DNA from: Lama glama
Taxonomy: Eukaryota
Assembly (NCBI GenBank): GCA_028534125.1
Contig: CM052818.1
Coordinates: 20,586,001 to 20,650,000 of the forward strand
Reading direction: 5' to 3'
DNA length: 64,000 bases
In this document: piece after piece, positions 49,556-62,320 of the stretch
Position numbering within the stretch: position 1 is the first letter of the stretch
Layout: each line of letters opens with the position of its first letter
Position numbers and translations under genes: made by a program
The notes under the pieces: generated by a model
Told to the model about the DNA's origin: nothing
Database searches by the model: none
The model's input: only the letters and a program-made list of their open reading frames with translations

Positions 49556-50439
49556 AATAAAATGCTCTGTTTGTTTATGAACTGATTACAATGGTAAATT
49601 TATTTTTTAAATTCTTCCTTGGTAAAATTAAAAGAGCATAACTCTAGGTTGGTGCCCTTCCCTTTTTCAAGGGGAAGGTGAAGGGAAAGGAGGCATTTTA
49701 TTTTTTACTGTTTCAAAAGATGCAAGAGTTTGCAGACCAACGCTTTATAGAATAAGCCCTTTTGCGTCAATAAATACAATACAGGCTCCCTCTGTTAAAA
49801 CCACAGACCTACTTCTGAAACAAGTACCTATCAACGGAATGTTTGCAAATCCAGATCTACTTCCAAAGAGACTCATTTTCCGGAAGTGTTAAATCTTAAT
49901 TTCTCACTCACTCACCAACAGTAGACACTAATATCACAGTTTGGGGGCCTTCTGCCTTCCCCTTTTCTTGCCAAGCTTTCTATTACGTAGGTTTTAATTC
50001 TTCAGCCCATAAACATTCATGGGTTCTTACTTAAAAAAATGGCGGTAGACCCTTTCTTCAAATGAAGTACCATTTTGATTGCGTTAAGGATCCCCCGCTG
50101 TTGCGTTGATTTGGATGTTCGGACACTGAGTTCTTACAGCAGGGTTCACCTGTGCACTAGCCGGCTCCCTGGGGGCCCAGTCATCCAGTCAGTAATGCAA
50201 GAAGAGGACACACATATCCCTGCAGCTACACGGGACATAATGGGTCCTTACAGCTCTCCATTTCCACCAGGCATTGCACAACCATGTAGGGCACAAAAAA
50301 ATGCACATTATCAACCACCCTCAGGCTTGTGCTCTCCTGTTCCCATCTGGCAAGGTGATTGGCTGCGGAGTCCAAGGGCAAGATGTACAAAACAATGATG
50401 CCCTCTGTATGTCTGGAGCTCCATTCCAAACAAATTCTT

Positions 50440-50575
50440 CAATAAGCATCCACTTCACTCGACAAGATCCTAGGGATGAGGGCGACTGCAGGTCATTTAC
50501 AGGTGGAGAAACTGAGGCCGGGGAGATGAGCTAGCTGACTGAAGACAGTACTGCAAGTCAGCAAGCAGCCCAGAG
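50440..50575 (-). mobile_element. MIR fragment
   Basis: catttacaggtggagaaactgaggccggggag. Confidence 0.6.
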
Positions 50576-50659
50576 CGAGGATGAAGATGCAAAGGTGTGA
50601 GAGCTCTGAAATCATGACGTGCGTTGGAGACACAAGGCGACGGTGCTGCAGTTTTCAAC

Positions 50660-51255
50660 ATTATTCATCCACTCAAGACCTCTGAGCGCTTACCATGTGC
50701 CAGGAGCACTCCAGGCTCAAGGAGGTAGGTGTGTGGATGTGTATGTGTGGGCAGGGAGGGGAGGGAATACAAAGATAGATGCTGCATGGTCCCTCCCATC
50801 AAAGAAAGGGAAGTGAACTGGAGGTGACTGTCTTGTCAACAAACCTGTATCGCACGATGGAATCCTAGAGCCTCGTAGTGGGAGCCCAAGGAGAGCAGCC
50901 CAACTCTGTCTGGAGGAGGAGGAGGAGGGGGGTATCTGAGCTGCAACTTGAAAGAGGCCTTCGCTGGGTGGAGAAGAATCGAAGGGCCATTCCAGCCTGA
51001 TTGACCAGTGTGCCCAGACCCTGGAGCTGTGATGACTCATGAAGGGACTGCAGATGTTGGGTGGGATCAGCTGGGGCCAACTAGACAAGAGCTTCACGGG
51101 CCTCACTAAGGAGGGGAGACTTTTCTGGAGGTCACCAACAGGACCCGCCTCCATCAGAGGCATTAAACAGAACAGCGTGAACAGATTTGAGCGTCGGGTT
51201 GGTGAGAGGTTAACAGGAGCCCCTGGGGACACACAGATCAGTGAGAAAATGTAAT
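50660..51255 (-). mobile_element. L2 fragment, degenerate
   Basis: ttattcatccactcaa...tgagcgcttaccatgtgccaggagcact...gaagggccattccag. Confidence 0.6.
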
Positions 51256-51394
51256 TGTTCAGGCAAGTGACAGTTGGGCCAAACAGGAGATCTGCCCTTG
51301 TCACTTAATCTTTCACCTGGAAAGTGAAATAACAGCATTTGTCCTGCCTCCTTTACAAAAGCTTGGATAAAGTTATCAATAATAATGAAAAGAT

Positions 51395-51900
51395 AATAAA
51401 AATAATAGCCAACATGTATTGGGCACTTAAGTATTTTATTTAGCAAATACTTAAATAGCATTTGATAGGTATTAGAAATTTGTTCTAAGTGCTTTCCAAA
51501 TGCCACTCTATTTAATCCTTGTAACAATCCTGTAAAATATGGACTTTAATTATCCCCATTTTACAGATGAGGAAGATGAGGCACAGAGAGGTTAAGTAAC
51601 TTACACCAGGTCACACAGACAGTAAGTAACGGAATTGTGATTGGCATCCTGGCAGTCTGACCCCAGTCCCTTGTCTCTTGGTCACATACATGATTTCATG
51701 CTTTCATGCCCCAGCACTGTGGTAAGTGCCTGAGAGCCAGGGTTTATTACTTTGGCCCTCACAATAATTCCCTGAGGTAGGCACTCCTTTTGTGCCTGTT
51801 TTGCAGATAAAGAAACAGAGAGACCTAGCACTTTGCCCAAAGTTACACATCTAGAGTAAGTGATGGAGTTGCTAACTGCCCCCTGGTCCGCACGACTGCT
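51395..51900 (-). mobile_element. Two tandem MIR SINEs
   Basis: tatccccattttacagatgaggaagatgaggcacagagaggttaagtaactta; second copy ccctcacaataattccctgaggtagg...ttgcccaaagttacac. Confidence 0.85.
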
Positions 51901-52604
51901 TTTAACTGCTCTTCCCTCATCCTTCATTCTAAAAGGATAAAAAACAGAGGGAGGGGACAGAGAGGGAGCAGCACTCTGGACGAAGGCTGAGTGCTGAGAG
52001 GAGTGGGCCAGCAGCTGGAATAGGCTTTCCCACCCCATGTTAAGCAGAGAGGAGAAAAGGCAAGTTCCCCTCCACCCCAGCACCCCTGCTCAGCCTAGCA
52101 GAGCAGTCAGGCCCTGTCAGCTGGGCAATAAAACACGCGGTCCCTTGAGGGTAAGAGTGTACGCCTCGGTGCTGGGAACAGAGGGGTGGCAAACAATGAT
52201 ATCTCAGTCGGGCCCAGGCTTCACTGATCGGTCTTGGCAAAAACAAGATGTCAGTTAGTAACAGCTGTAAACCTCAGTGACAGCAGCTCCCCAGGCCCTG
52301 GGCACACTCAGGGCCATGCTGGAGCCACACTGTCCGGAGCCTTCTCCTGCCACTTCTTGGGACTGGGAGACCTGGCCTGGGGCCTGGTCATGGAATCATT
52401 AATCTATGCACAGGCTTCCTGAGGAGGAAAACACACAGGAAATTTTACAGAAGAAAACAGAGCTAAAAAATAAATTTAGCAGGGTTCAGTGGAGGCCAGA
52501 CCATTTAGGGCAGTGATTCTAAAGCCAGAGGTCAAAGCCACCAGGAGGACACGTTAAGAGGTTCTGAGGGACTTTGAAGGTGCACTTCTGAGGGGCTAGG
52601 TATC

Positions 52605-52832
52605 CTAGCAGCCAAGGGTATGGACTCTGAAGCCAGACTCCCTGGGTTCAAATCCCAGCTTGATCACTTACTAGTTGAGAGACTTGGGGCATGTTCCTCC
52701 ATCTCTCTGAGCCTCGGTTTTCTCACCCGTTACATGAGGATACTGACAGTACCTGCCTCATCAGGTTGTAGGGATTCGGTGAGTTACCACAGAGGACGCC
52801 CTGAGAGCAGTGCCTGACACCCAGGCAGTGCC
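52605..52832 (+). mobile_element. MIR SINE
   Basis: ggactctgaagccagactccctgggttcaaatcccagct...ctctctgagcctcggttttctcac...cagtgcctgacac. Confidence 0.9.
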
Positions 52833-52844
52833 ATATATATATAT

Positions 52845-52889
<45 letters not shown>

Positions 52890-52890
52890 T
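52833..52890. repeat. (TA)n(CA)n microsatellite
   Basis: Direct inspection. Confidence 0.95.
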
Positions 52891-54827
52891 TTGTTAACTA
52901 ATATAAACAGAATGGGGGACACATGAGACCCCACACATCTCAAGGTGGAGGACACCGTCATGTCCAAGTGCATGGAAGTGCAGGCTGGGGATGAGATATT
53001 TCTACTGCACTGAAAAGAGTTTAGGTTTTTTCAAAGTTGAAGTTACTTTAGGGTCACAGGGAAAGTTGCGGAGCTGCCCCAGAACATGCCATAGCAGCTA
53101 CCCCAAGGCAGAGCCAGGGCCTTGGAATCCAGGATGGGGTGGGGTCACCCGGGAACTCTAGAAATTCCTGGGGTGTAGTTTATACAACAGAGTTCAAAAT
53201 TCCCACTCAGAAATATCCAAAATCATCTAGTGCACGCCTGGCCCACCAAGCAGCAAAGGAATCACGCTGAAGCCTAGAGAAGGGCTTTGTCCAAGGTCAC
53301 GGTAGCCGGCTGGTGTGGGAAATGAGCAAGAAAGCCAAGGGCTGCTGGAGCTGGGGCAGCTTCCACCACATCAGCCTGCTGGCCTGGCCCCAGGGAGGCC
53401 AGAAGCCCAGCACCTAGGTCTCGGCCTGGCAAGGCCCGCCGGTGCACTGGCCTCAGCCCACGGTGCTCTGGACAGCACCTGCCACCAAGTCCTGACAGTG
53501 CCTAGAGGCCTCAGGCTCAATTTCCTCATCGGAACTGGGGATAGCGGGTGGTCACCTCCTACGTGTTCACACCTGGAAGTGGCTCCAGGCCTGGGCACTA
53601 GTTCAGAAGACGCAGCCCAAGAAGTTCCACAATCTCACTTGTCTCGTCCAGACTATTTCTGTCTTCCTGACTCAAGCCAGAATCTCTGTTCATAAAACTG
53701 GCCTATTTGGGAAACAAATAAATCCCCAAATCTTCAGGGGCTCCATGCAACTGAAGTCCAACTGTGAGCTGCCATCTGCATGGCAACGGCTCATCCTCAG
53801 GGATGTGGAGACCAAGCAGCCTTCCTCCTTATGACTCTGCCACCTTCCACCCGGGGCCCCCACGATGACCACAACTGGCTGATTCCAGCCAACGGAGGGG
53901 AAGGCGCATGGGGCATAGCCCTGGAGGTTTTCCTTGGCTAGCCTAGAAGAGGCACTAATCCCTTTCATCCATTTTCCACTGGCCAGAATTTAGCCACCTG
54001 GCCACACAGGCTCACAAGGGGAGTTGAGAGATGTAGTCTGTTTGCCCAGGGAATAGAAGCACTAGGCTCTGGTGGACACAAAGGCCATCTGCTCCCATAG
54101 ACCTCACAGCTTGGCTCTGTGGTACTTGATGGTCCTGGTCTGGAGCCCCAGCTGGAGTCAGTGACTTGCTCTGCCCAGGAGACTTTCAAGGGAACCTGAC
54201 GGCCCTCAGTGTCCAGGCTATGACACACAGGGAGGAGCGGCAGGGGCAGGTCGCACCAGACCAGGAACTCATCGAGGGCAAGCCCTGTGCAGCGGCTCGT
54301 GTAGCAGCCCCAGCAGCCCTCGCCTGTGGCGCGTCCCAGAGCAAGGTCCCCATGCGAGTCCGTTGAGCGGGGGAGGGGGGGGAGGGGGGACCTGCAGGAG
54401 TGCCAGGCATGAGTCGTCTTGCAGGAACACCACGGTCTGACTCACAGGAGCTTCACGCCTGGGATTCCCTGGTCCACTTTGCAAGGGGGGAAGCGAGGAG
54501 AAGGGGACAGTCAGGGCCATCTCCCCCTACCCCGCCACCCCCATGCCCAGCTCTCACGTCAGAGGCAGACTCTCGGCTCATCTGTGTGGGCAGGAAGCAG
54601 GAGCTGTTTCCATTTTATTTCACAGTCGTCACGAACTGTGTCCCACAGACATGAGAAGCCACAGAAGCAGCGTTCTCCCTCCCCCACGGCAGCATCTCAA
54701 AAGCAGGGCGCCAGGAAAAATGTTGTTGAGAACACCCTTGACTTCAAGGAACAGACAAAGCACCCCCCACCACCACCAGAGGGACCAGCAGAGGGGGAGA
54801 AACAAGAAGCAAGCACAGCTATTCTTT

Positions 54828-54970
54828 TGCTTTGTGACCTTGGGCAAGTGACAATTTCTTTGTGTCTCCATTTCTTCTCCATCTGTCAAATGGAGATAAT
54901 AAAAGCTGTTCTGAAGTTAGAATGAGATAATCAATGTTTAAATGGCTCTGGAAAGTATAACGCTTTATAT
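54828..54970 (+). mobile_element. MIR SINE
   Basis: tgtgaccttgggcaagtgac...catctgtcaaatggagataataa. Confidence 0.8.
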
Positions 54971-57577
54971 GGGAATATAAGGTGTTATTATCCACTCACC
55001 CTTCCTGCCTCTCCAGCAAACATTCAGATGTTTGATAACAATTACGAACTTGGCTAAGGCTCTGTCTTGATGAGACGAAGCAATGCAACGGTGCACTTAA
55101 GAAATGGCTACCGAGGTAGAAGTCTGTGCCAGACATAGGCCTGGTATGCTCTGGGACACACACTCTCATCAGGGAATATTTGCATGTGAAACAGTGAATT
55201 GTGACCCGTGAGGGACTTCCAGTGCATTCATAGAAGCCAGCTCTTGCAGGCTCAGATGTGGTTATCTGTTGAGCTGTGAGGAATGCAGATTTCTACAGTT
55301 GGCCCGGACCCCAGTCCTTGGGGGAAATGAGCTCGTTCCCAAGTAAAAGTGAAAAACCAACTCAACTTCCCACTGACCTGTGAAGGCAAAACAGGTTTCT
55401 GTCTGTTATCACTTACTGGGTTTGGGATCTTCTGCAAATCATTTCATCACCCCAATGTCCCAGTTTCTTCCTCACAAGAGTACAGCATGGGAAGCACTAA
55501 GATAACTGAAAGACAGTTCAAATGGAAGATATTTCTTGCCCTTGATGATCAGATTTCTTCCATATGAATCACCTTCAGTGTGTTCTCCGATCCCCTCACA
55601 CACAGAAGACAGGGGTCCCCACTTTCCTGCTGCTGAAATTTAATTCACTGTGGTGCCCACCTCCCCATCCTGCAGCCAACACAGAATGCTATCTCGGGAT
55701 GAATGAGAGAGCAGACCCTGCTGAGATGAGACACAGAGACTGTGACACCTGCAAACCATTCATTCAAAGCAGAAGCAAGAGCAAAGATCTCTCTGGATTC
55801 CAGTCTGCCTCCTGCCAGGGCTGAGCCTAGGTTTCCAGGTCCCTTTCCAGACTGGGTGACAGACTGGATGAGGCCTGAAACAAGGGCAGGGAGGATTCAG
55901 GGAAAAGACAAAGATGAGAATGAAGGAAAACAGGACACTTTCAGAGACTTATTTTCTCATTAGCTTTACTGTGCACTTATTTCCTGTTGGAAAGGGAAAA
56001 AAGTTTTCCACTGACAGTCTAGGGCAAATTTGTGTAATATTTCACTTCATAGCCTACTTCTCTTGCCAACTATGACAGCAGCTGTTAAGCACCATCCTCT
56101 CCGCTAGCTGTGTGCATTTCTACCCCAGCACTGACTCTTGAAACCTCCCCTCCCCGCCGAACCCCTGGGCTTCCAATTCTTCTCTTCCTACCCCACCCCC
56201 GAAGCTTTCATCCAGACATGTTTCTGTTCAAGTGAAATCCCTGGTAGAAACAGTTTCCAATCCTCAAACAATGGAAAATTCAAGGAGGACCAGAAATCCC
56301 TTTATCTGCAAAATGACCTGTGGGACAGAGTGAACAAAGGCTATCAAGCCAGGCACAGAACTCCAAAGCATACATCTAACTTGACATGTCTGATGTATGC
56401 CCGCCCGGCTCAGCACCCAGCCTAAGAACCATCTTCAAAAAGCCCCTGGGTCCTACCAGCCAGCGCACTGGACACACTGATTATCCTCTGTTCCGAGGCA
56501 AGACAGGAGACTTAATCAGGTCAGCGGCATTTGATCTGAAAATAAGTACCTTCTTTTGACACTCTGTGGATTATAGGAATTATGCCTGGTAAAGCCACCT
56601 ATATCGCCATCGTGTCAAAGGATACTCAGGGATATTCAGCTGAGAGGAATTATCACATAGTCAAATGCTATCAACCCCACAAAACGAAAGCAAGCCCACC
56701 CATCACTCCAGAAGCCAAAGACTTGAGGTTGATCTGACAGTGGGAAAAAACTGACAATTCTGAAGGTTTTTCCTGCCTCCCTCCTTCTGTTGAGCCTGTA
56801 ACCTACACTCAGGGGAAGGCAGCGGATGGTCTGGTTGGGATGACACCCAGCCTCCGCTAGTGGGTACGTATGCCCCAGTTCGTAGTCACTCCTGTGTTTT
56901 CTGACAAGCCATTGTTTCCAGCTAAAATTTTCCACTCCTGGACTCAATTCAAAGGTGAATTTATTTTGGAAAGTCTGAGCCAAATTCTTCTCCATCTAGA
57001 GTTTTAAGCAGGTGAAAGAAAGGCTGTTGCTTCCACCCCTGCCCCCAGTAAAATTATGTCCTATGAGTACAATAATAGTTCAGGCCCCTAGGGTTACATG
57101 AGGCCAGTCTCCACAGATTCAGGGACAAAGTATGCATCAAATGAGGTGTGAAAAGATCCGCCTCCAAAAATGATAGTGAATGAGGGACTCAAATATAATT
57201 TTGACCTATCTGAATAGTGATGACAGTGCATTGCAGGCATTTGTACGCTTCAGACATCTCAAGTACTTGACCCCATTATCTCATCCCTGCCACATGGCTG
57301 TCCTGGGACTAAGAGGGAACCCTCCAGGCTCCCAGCTGACAGATGGTAAAACAGGAGCAAAAGAGGAGGCTGAGAATGACTTAAGGTCACATTATACCAT
57401 AGTTGGTAAGGTCAAAACTACCCTCCTGACCCCTGGTCCTCCCAGGCCAAGTTCTATAACCTTTAATGGTTAAGTACAGGAATTTTAGCAGAACCTTAAA
57501 ATATGGCACTGAGTTATTTTATCCAATTTTCTTAAAACTTTGCTATCGTGTTGTCTTTACAAATTAGGAGGAAGAGA

Positions 57578-57703
57578 CTGACATTTATTGAGCATTCACA
57601 CTTGCCAGACACCATACCAGGCATCTCACTCCCAAAAACCTTGTACAGGACTGGTACCACGATGCCCATTCTTCAGAGAAGGTGATGAGATACGCAGACA
57701 GTA
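57578..57703 (-). mobile_element. MIR SINE interrupted by Tigger1
   Basis: gacatttattgagcattcac...tgccagacac...gcccattcttcagagaagg. Confidence 0.7.
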
Positions 57704-58576
57704 CAGGCAGACCTGAGAGATACTGCAGCTTTGGTTCCCGATCGTCACAATAAAGCAAATATTGCAATAAAGCAAGTCACATGAATTTTTTGCTTTCCCA
57801 GTACCTTTGAAAGTTATGTATACACTATATTGTAGTCTATTTAGTGTGAAAAGCATTGTGTCTAAAATAATAATAGACATAGATTAATTAAAAAGTATCA
57901 CTAAAAAATGCTAAATATCATCTGAGTCTTCAGTGAGTCATAATCATTTTGCTCGTGGAGGGTCTTGCCTCTATGTGGTTGGCTGCCAACTGATCAGGGT
58001 GATGGTTGCTGAAGGCTGGGGTGGCTGTGGCAATTTCTTAAATTAAGACAATAATGAAGTTTGCCACAGTGATTAACACTTCCTTTGACTTGAACACTTA
58101 GAGGCCATTGTAGGGTCATTAATCGGTCTAAAGTCAATAGTGTTGTCTTAGAAAATACGGAGGCTTGAGGAGAGGGAGCAAGGCAGGGGAACAGTCAGTA
58201 GGTAGAGCAAGTCAGAACACACACAACATTTATGTACAAAGTTCACCATCTTATTACGGCCATGGTTCTTGGCACCCCAAAACAATTACAATAGTAACAG
58301 GAAAGATCACGGATCACAGATCGCCATAACAAATACAATAATAATGAAAAAGTTTGAAATATTGCGAGAATTACCAAAATGTGTCTCAGTGACACTAAGT
58401 GAGCAAATGCTTTTGGAAAAATGGTGCCCATCTACCTACAACATGCAGGGTTGCCACAAACTTCCAGTTTATGAAACAAAAACAAACAAAAAAACAAAAC
58501 AGAAAAACAAACAAACAAAACCCCATGACCTGGGAAAGCGCAATAAAGCAAAGAGCAATAAAATGAGGTGTGCCTG
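57704..58576 (-). mobile_element. Tigger1 internally deleted DNA transposon
   Basis: TIRs caggcagacct / aggtgtgcctg with TA on both sides; gcgcaataaagcaaagagcaataaaatgagg terminus; internal ttgaaatattgcgagaattaccaaaatgtg. Confidence 0.92.
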
Positions 58577-60042
58577 TAATTGGCAGAATTAGTGCTTCCC
58601 AGTATGTACTTCCGGTGGGTCTGCTGGCACAGGCCGTGTCACCATACCACACTGCCAGGCTCGGGAAAACTCAAAGATCCCAAGTCACATATTATACTGA
58701 AAAGTCATAAAAGACCTCGCCCTCCTTTCCTGTCCTTCTCCAACTGCCCAGTCTCTGAAGAGGGAGATCACAGTCCAAAGGTACAGAATGTTCAAGGGCT
58801 GGGGGAAGAATGAAGTGGAGCAGTCTACAAACCAGAAAACCACCCTGATGTGGTAATCCAGACATGTCCCTCAGATATACTACACTGAAGAGGCACACAT
58901 ATATATATTTTTTTCTCTATTTAATCCTAAAGACAATGAAAGAAATTAAATTGAGGTAAAATGGTAATAATCTCAAATATACGCTGCTGTCATGACTTTC
59001 TTGGCTTCCTTCTATGCAGGAATGTATCACCCTTGTGTCTCTAGACCTGCAACCAGTAAATACTCTATGAATGTTGGATGGATGGAGGGAGGGAGGGAGG
59101 GAGGGAGGGATGGAGAGCTGAGTGGATGGAATCATAACATTGTCAGTAATAATGCCTCCCAATCTAGGTGGAATTTAAATCTGTACTATTCCAGTCATTT
59201 AATATTTGGAGACATATTTGTCATTTTAATACTTGCAATATAACACAAGCTATTTTAGCTTTATCTCCTGTGAGCATATGGAAGGAAGAATATGAATGTT
59301 TTGTTGCGAGCGAGCAGGCTGCATAGTTAAAGATAGTTTCCCAAAGATTGTGACAGAAGCCCAATTATTGTCTTTTAAAAAACAAAACAAAATAAATGTT
59401 CTAGGAAAGAATCTTTGCAAGCACAAGTGGAGCTTTCTCTTTAGGACAATGAAAGGAAATCCAAAGGAGAAGCAGTTCCATGAACGTAGGACCTCTGTGT
59501 GTCCTTTGGAAGGGCGGTGCTCTAGAGATTCCAAATGAGCCCTGCCCTCCAGGGGCTTCTCATCGAGTTGCTTGTTTATGGGCTGGAGAATAAAACGTAG
59601 GAGGAAAGGAAATGGCACAGCGTAACAGTAGGCACCAGGGGTGCAAAAAATCATGACACAGCAGCTGAAGCCCAACACAGCCCACCCTTACTACGGGCAG
59701 CTAGATTTTAAGATTTTTAGTTAGGAATAAGGATTGACTTCCTAAATCCTTTGCAGTTCCAGTAGAGTTCTCAGTCCCACTGTCCGTGTAAGGTTTTCTA
59801 ATAGTCCCTTCTAGAGTGTTGTCCAAGGGAGGACGAAGGAGGGGGAATGGGGACAAGAGAGATAGCCTTTGCCCTACTTTCAATAAGAGAAGCTCCTCTT
59901 GGGTTTACTTTGTGTGTTGGCATTCCCCTAGAGCTTTATTTAGGAAAAAAGAAAGGGGAGGAGGATTCCTACTAGGTAAAAAAAAATTAGATACCACTAC
60001 TGTAGAACATTGGCTAAAGCTCATTCATCAGTCATTCAATAA

Positions 60043-60220
60043 GTGGGGAGGGGCAATATCGGGGTAGGGGATTAAGAGGTACAAACTATTATGTATAAAA
60101 TAAGCTACATGGCTAACTATAAATGAAGAATAATCTTTACATTTTTATCACTATATTCTATACCTATAACTTATATAATATTGTGCATCAACTATACTTC
60201 AATAAAAAAAAAGAAAAAAA
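60043..60220 (+). mobile_element. L1 3' end with poly(A)
   Basis: ggggattaagaggtacaaactattatgtataaaataagctac...atcaactatacttcaataaaaaaaa. Confidence 0.8.
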
Positions 60221-60232
60221 TGTGATTATATA

Positions 60233-61023
60233 CAGTAGTCCCCCCTTAGCCTCAGTTTCACTTTCCACAGTTTCAGTTACCCATAGTCAACTATGGTCCA
60301 AAAATATTAAACGGAAATTTCTAGAAATAATTGATAAGTTTTAAATTGCACACCATTCTCAACAGCATGATGAAATCTCTCGCTGTCCAGCTCCATCCTG
60401 CCTATTTGTCCAGCCCCTAGTCATTTAGTAGCATCTTGGTTATCAGACCAACTGTTGCAATATCTCAGTGCTTATGTTCAAGTCACCCTTATCTTACTTA
60501 CTAATGGCCCCAAAGCCAGCAAGAGTAGTGATGCTGGCAAGTCAGATACGCCAAAGAGAAGCCGTAAACCACTTCCTCTAAGTGAAAAGGTGAAAGTTCT
60601 CAACTTAATAAGGAAAAAAAAATCTCATGCTGAGGTTGCTAAGATCTATGATAAGAATGAATCTTCCATCCGTGAAATTGTGAAGAAGGAAAAAAATGTG
60701 TGCTAGTTTTGCTGTCGCACCTCAAACTGCAAAAGTTACAGTTCTAGTGTGTGTAGTGTCAAGATGGAAACACATTTAATTTGTACAATAAGATATTTTG
60801 AGAAAGAGACCACATTCAGATAACTTTTATCACAGTGTATTGTTATAATTGTTCTATTTTATTATTAGTTATTGTTGTTAATCTCTTATGATGCCTAATG
60901 TATAAATTAAACTTTATCATAGGTATGTATGTATAGGAAAAAAATATAATATATAGGGCTTGGTACTCTCCACAGTTTCAGGCATCCCCTCGGGTTCTTG
61001 GAACATATCCCCTGTGGATAAGA
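60233..61023 (+). mobile_element. MER44/Tigger7 element with transposase N-terminal remnant
   Basis: 5' TIR cagtagtccccccttag; ORF remnant SSDAGKSDTPKRSRKPLPLSEKVKVLNLIRKKKSHAEVAKIYDKNESSIREIVKKEK (CENP-B/psq-type HTH); 3' TIR truncated at ggataag. Confidence 0.9.
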
Positions 61024-61029
61024 AAGATA

Positions 61030-62090
61030 TATATATAAATATTATTCAGACCCAAAAAAGGAGATTCTGCCATTTGTGATAACATGGTTGAAAATGGGGG
61101 ATATTATGCTACGTGAAATAAGCCAGATCCAGAAAGACAAGTACTGTATGACCTCACTCATATGTGGAATCTAAAAAATGTCAAACTCATAGAACCAGAG
61201 AGTAGAACCATGGTTGCCAGGGACTGGGGGTGGGGTAAGGGATGGGAAGATGTTGATCAAAGGGTATAAACTTCCAGTTATAAGATAAATAAATTCTGGG
61301 GGTCTAATGCACAACATGGTGATTATAGTCAGTAACACTATTGTATACTTGGTATTTGCTAAGAGAGTAGATCTTAAGAGTTCTCATCATTAAAAAAAAT
61401 GGTAACTATGTGAGGTGATGGATATGTTAATTCACTTGATTCTGGTAACCATTTTGCAATAATTTCACAATTATCACAATGTACATATATGTTAAATCAT
61501 CACTTTGTACACTGTAGAAAAATCACATTGCATGACCTAAATACAGATGAGCCCGACTTACGATGGTCTGACTTAATGATTTTATGGTGGCGTGAAATCG
61601 ATTGGCATTCAGTAGAAGCTGTAATTTGACTTTTGATCTTTTCCCAGGCTACTGATATGCAGTGTATACTCTCCCGTGATGCTGAGCAGGGAAGCAAACC
61701 GCAGCTCCTGGTCAGCTACGGGGTCATGAGGGTAAAGGACCAATACGCTTACAACCATTCTGTACTCAAGACAACCATTCTGCTCTTCACTCTCCATACA
61801 ATTTCAATAGATGACATGAGATATTCAGCCCTATAATAAAGTAGGCTTCGTCTGTTTTGTCTATCAAATGATGGTTGTGCCCAGCTGGAGGCTAATGTAA
61901 GTGTTCTAGCACCTCTAAGGAAGGCGAGACTGCTGTTCGGTGGGCTAGGTGTACTGAAAGTGTCTTCTTCTTGCTATTTTCAACTTAACGACAGGGTTAC
62001 CCGATGTAATCGCATCGTAAGTCAAGGAATATCCGTATATACAACTTTTGTTAACAATGCCTCAACAAAACTGGAAAGAAAGAAGAAAGA
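61030..62090 (+). mobile_element. L1MA-type ORF2 end and 3' UTR, split by a Tigger5-like element
   Basis: gtgaaataagccagatccagaaagacaagtactgtatgacctcactcatatgtggaatctaa...ttgctaagagagtagatcttaa; resumes at 62036 (tatatacaac...cctcaacaaaactgg). Confidence 0.9.
61544..62035. mobile_element. MER47/Tigger5-like MITE
   Basis: TIRs cagatgagcccgacttacgatg / catcgtaagtcaaggaatatccg with TA on both sides. Confidence 0.85.
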
Positions 62091-62189
62091 CGAGAGCCCT
62101 GAGATCAGCCCTCAGGAGGCGTAAATCCCACAGCTCAGGATAAGCACAGCAGCCACTGACTAGGAACGCCAGATGCTCTCATCTGATCG

Positions 62190-62320
62190 TCAGCACAAGG
62201 ACTGCATGCAGGGTAGGTGCTCTCACCCTCACCTCACAGATGAGGACACTGACACTGACGAAAGGCAAATAACTTGCCTAAGTGCTGAGACTAGAACCCC
62301 AGACCACCTGACACCGAAGC
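62190..62320 (-). mobile_element. MIR fragment
   Basis: cacagatgaggacactga...aacttgcctaag...gactagaacccca. Confidence 0.65.
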
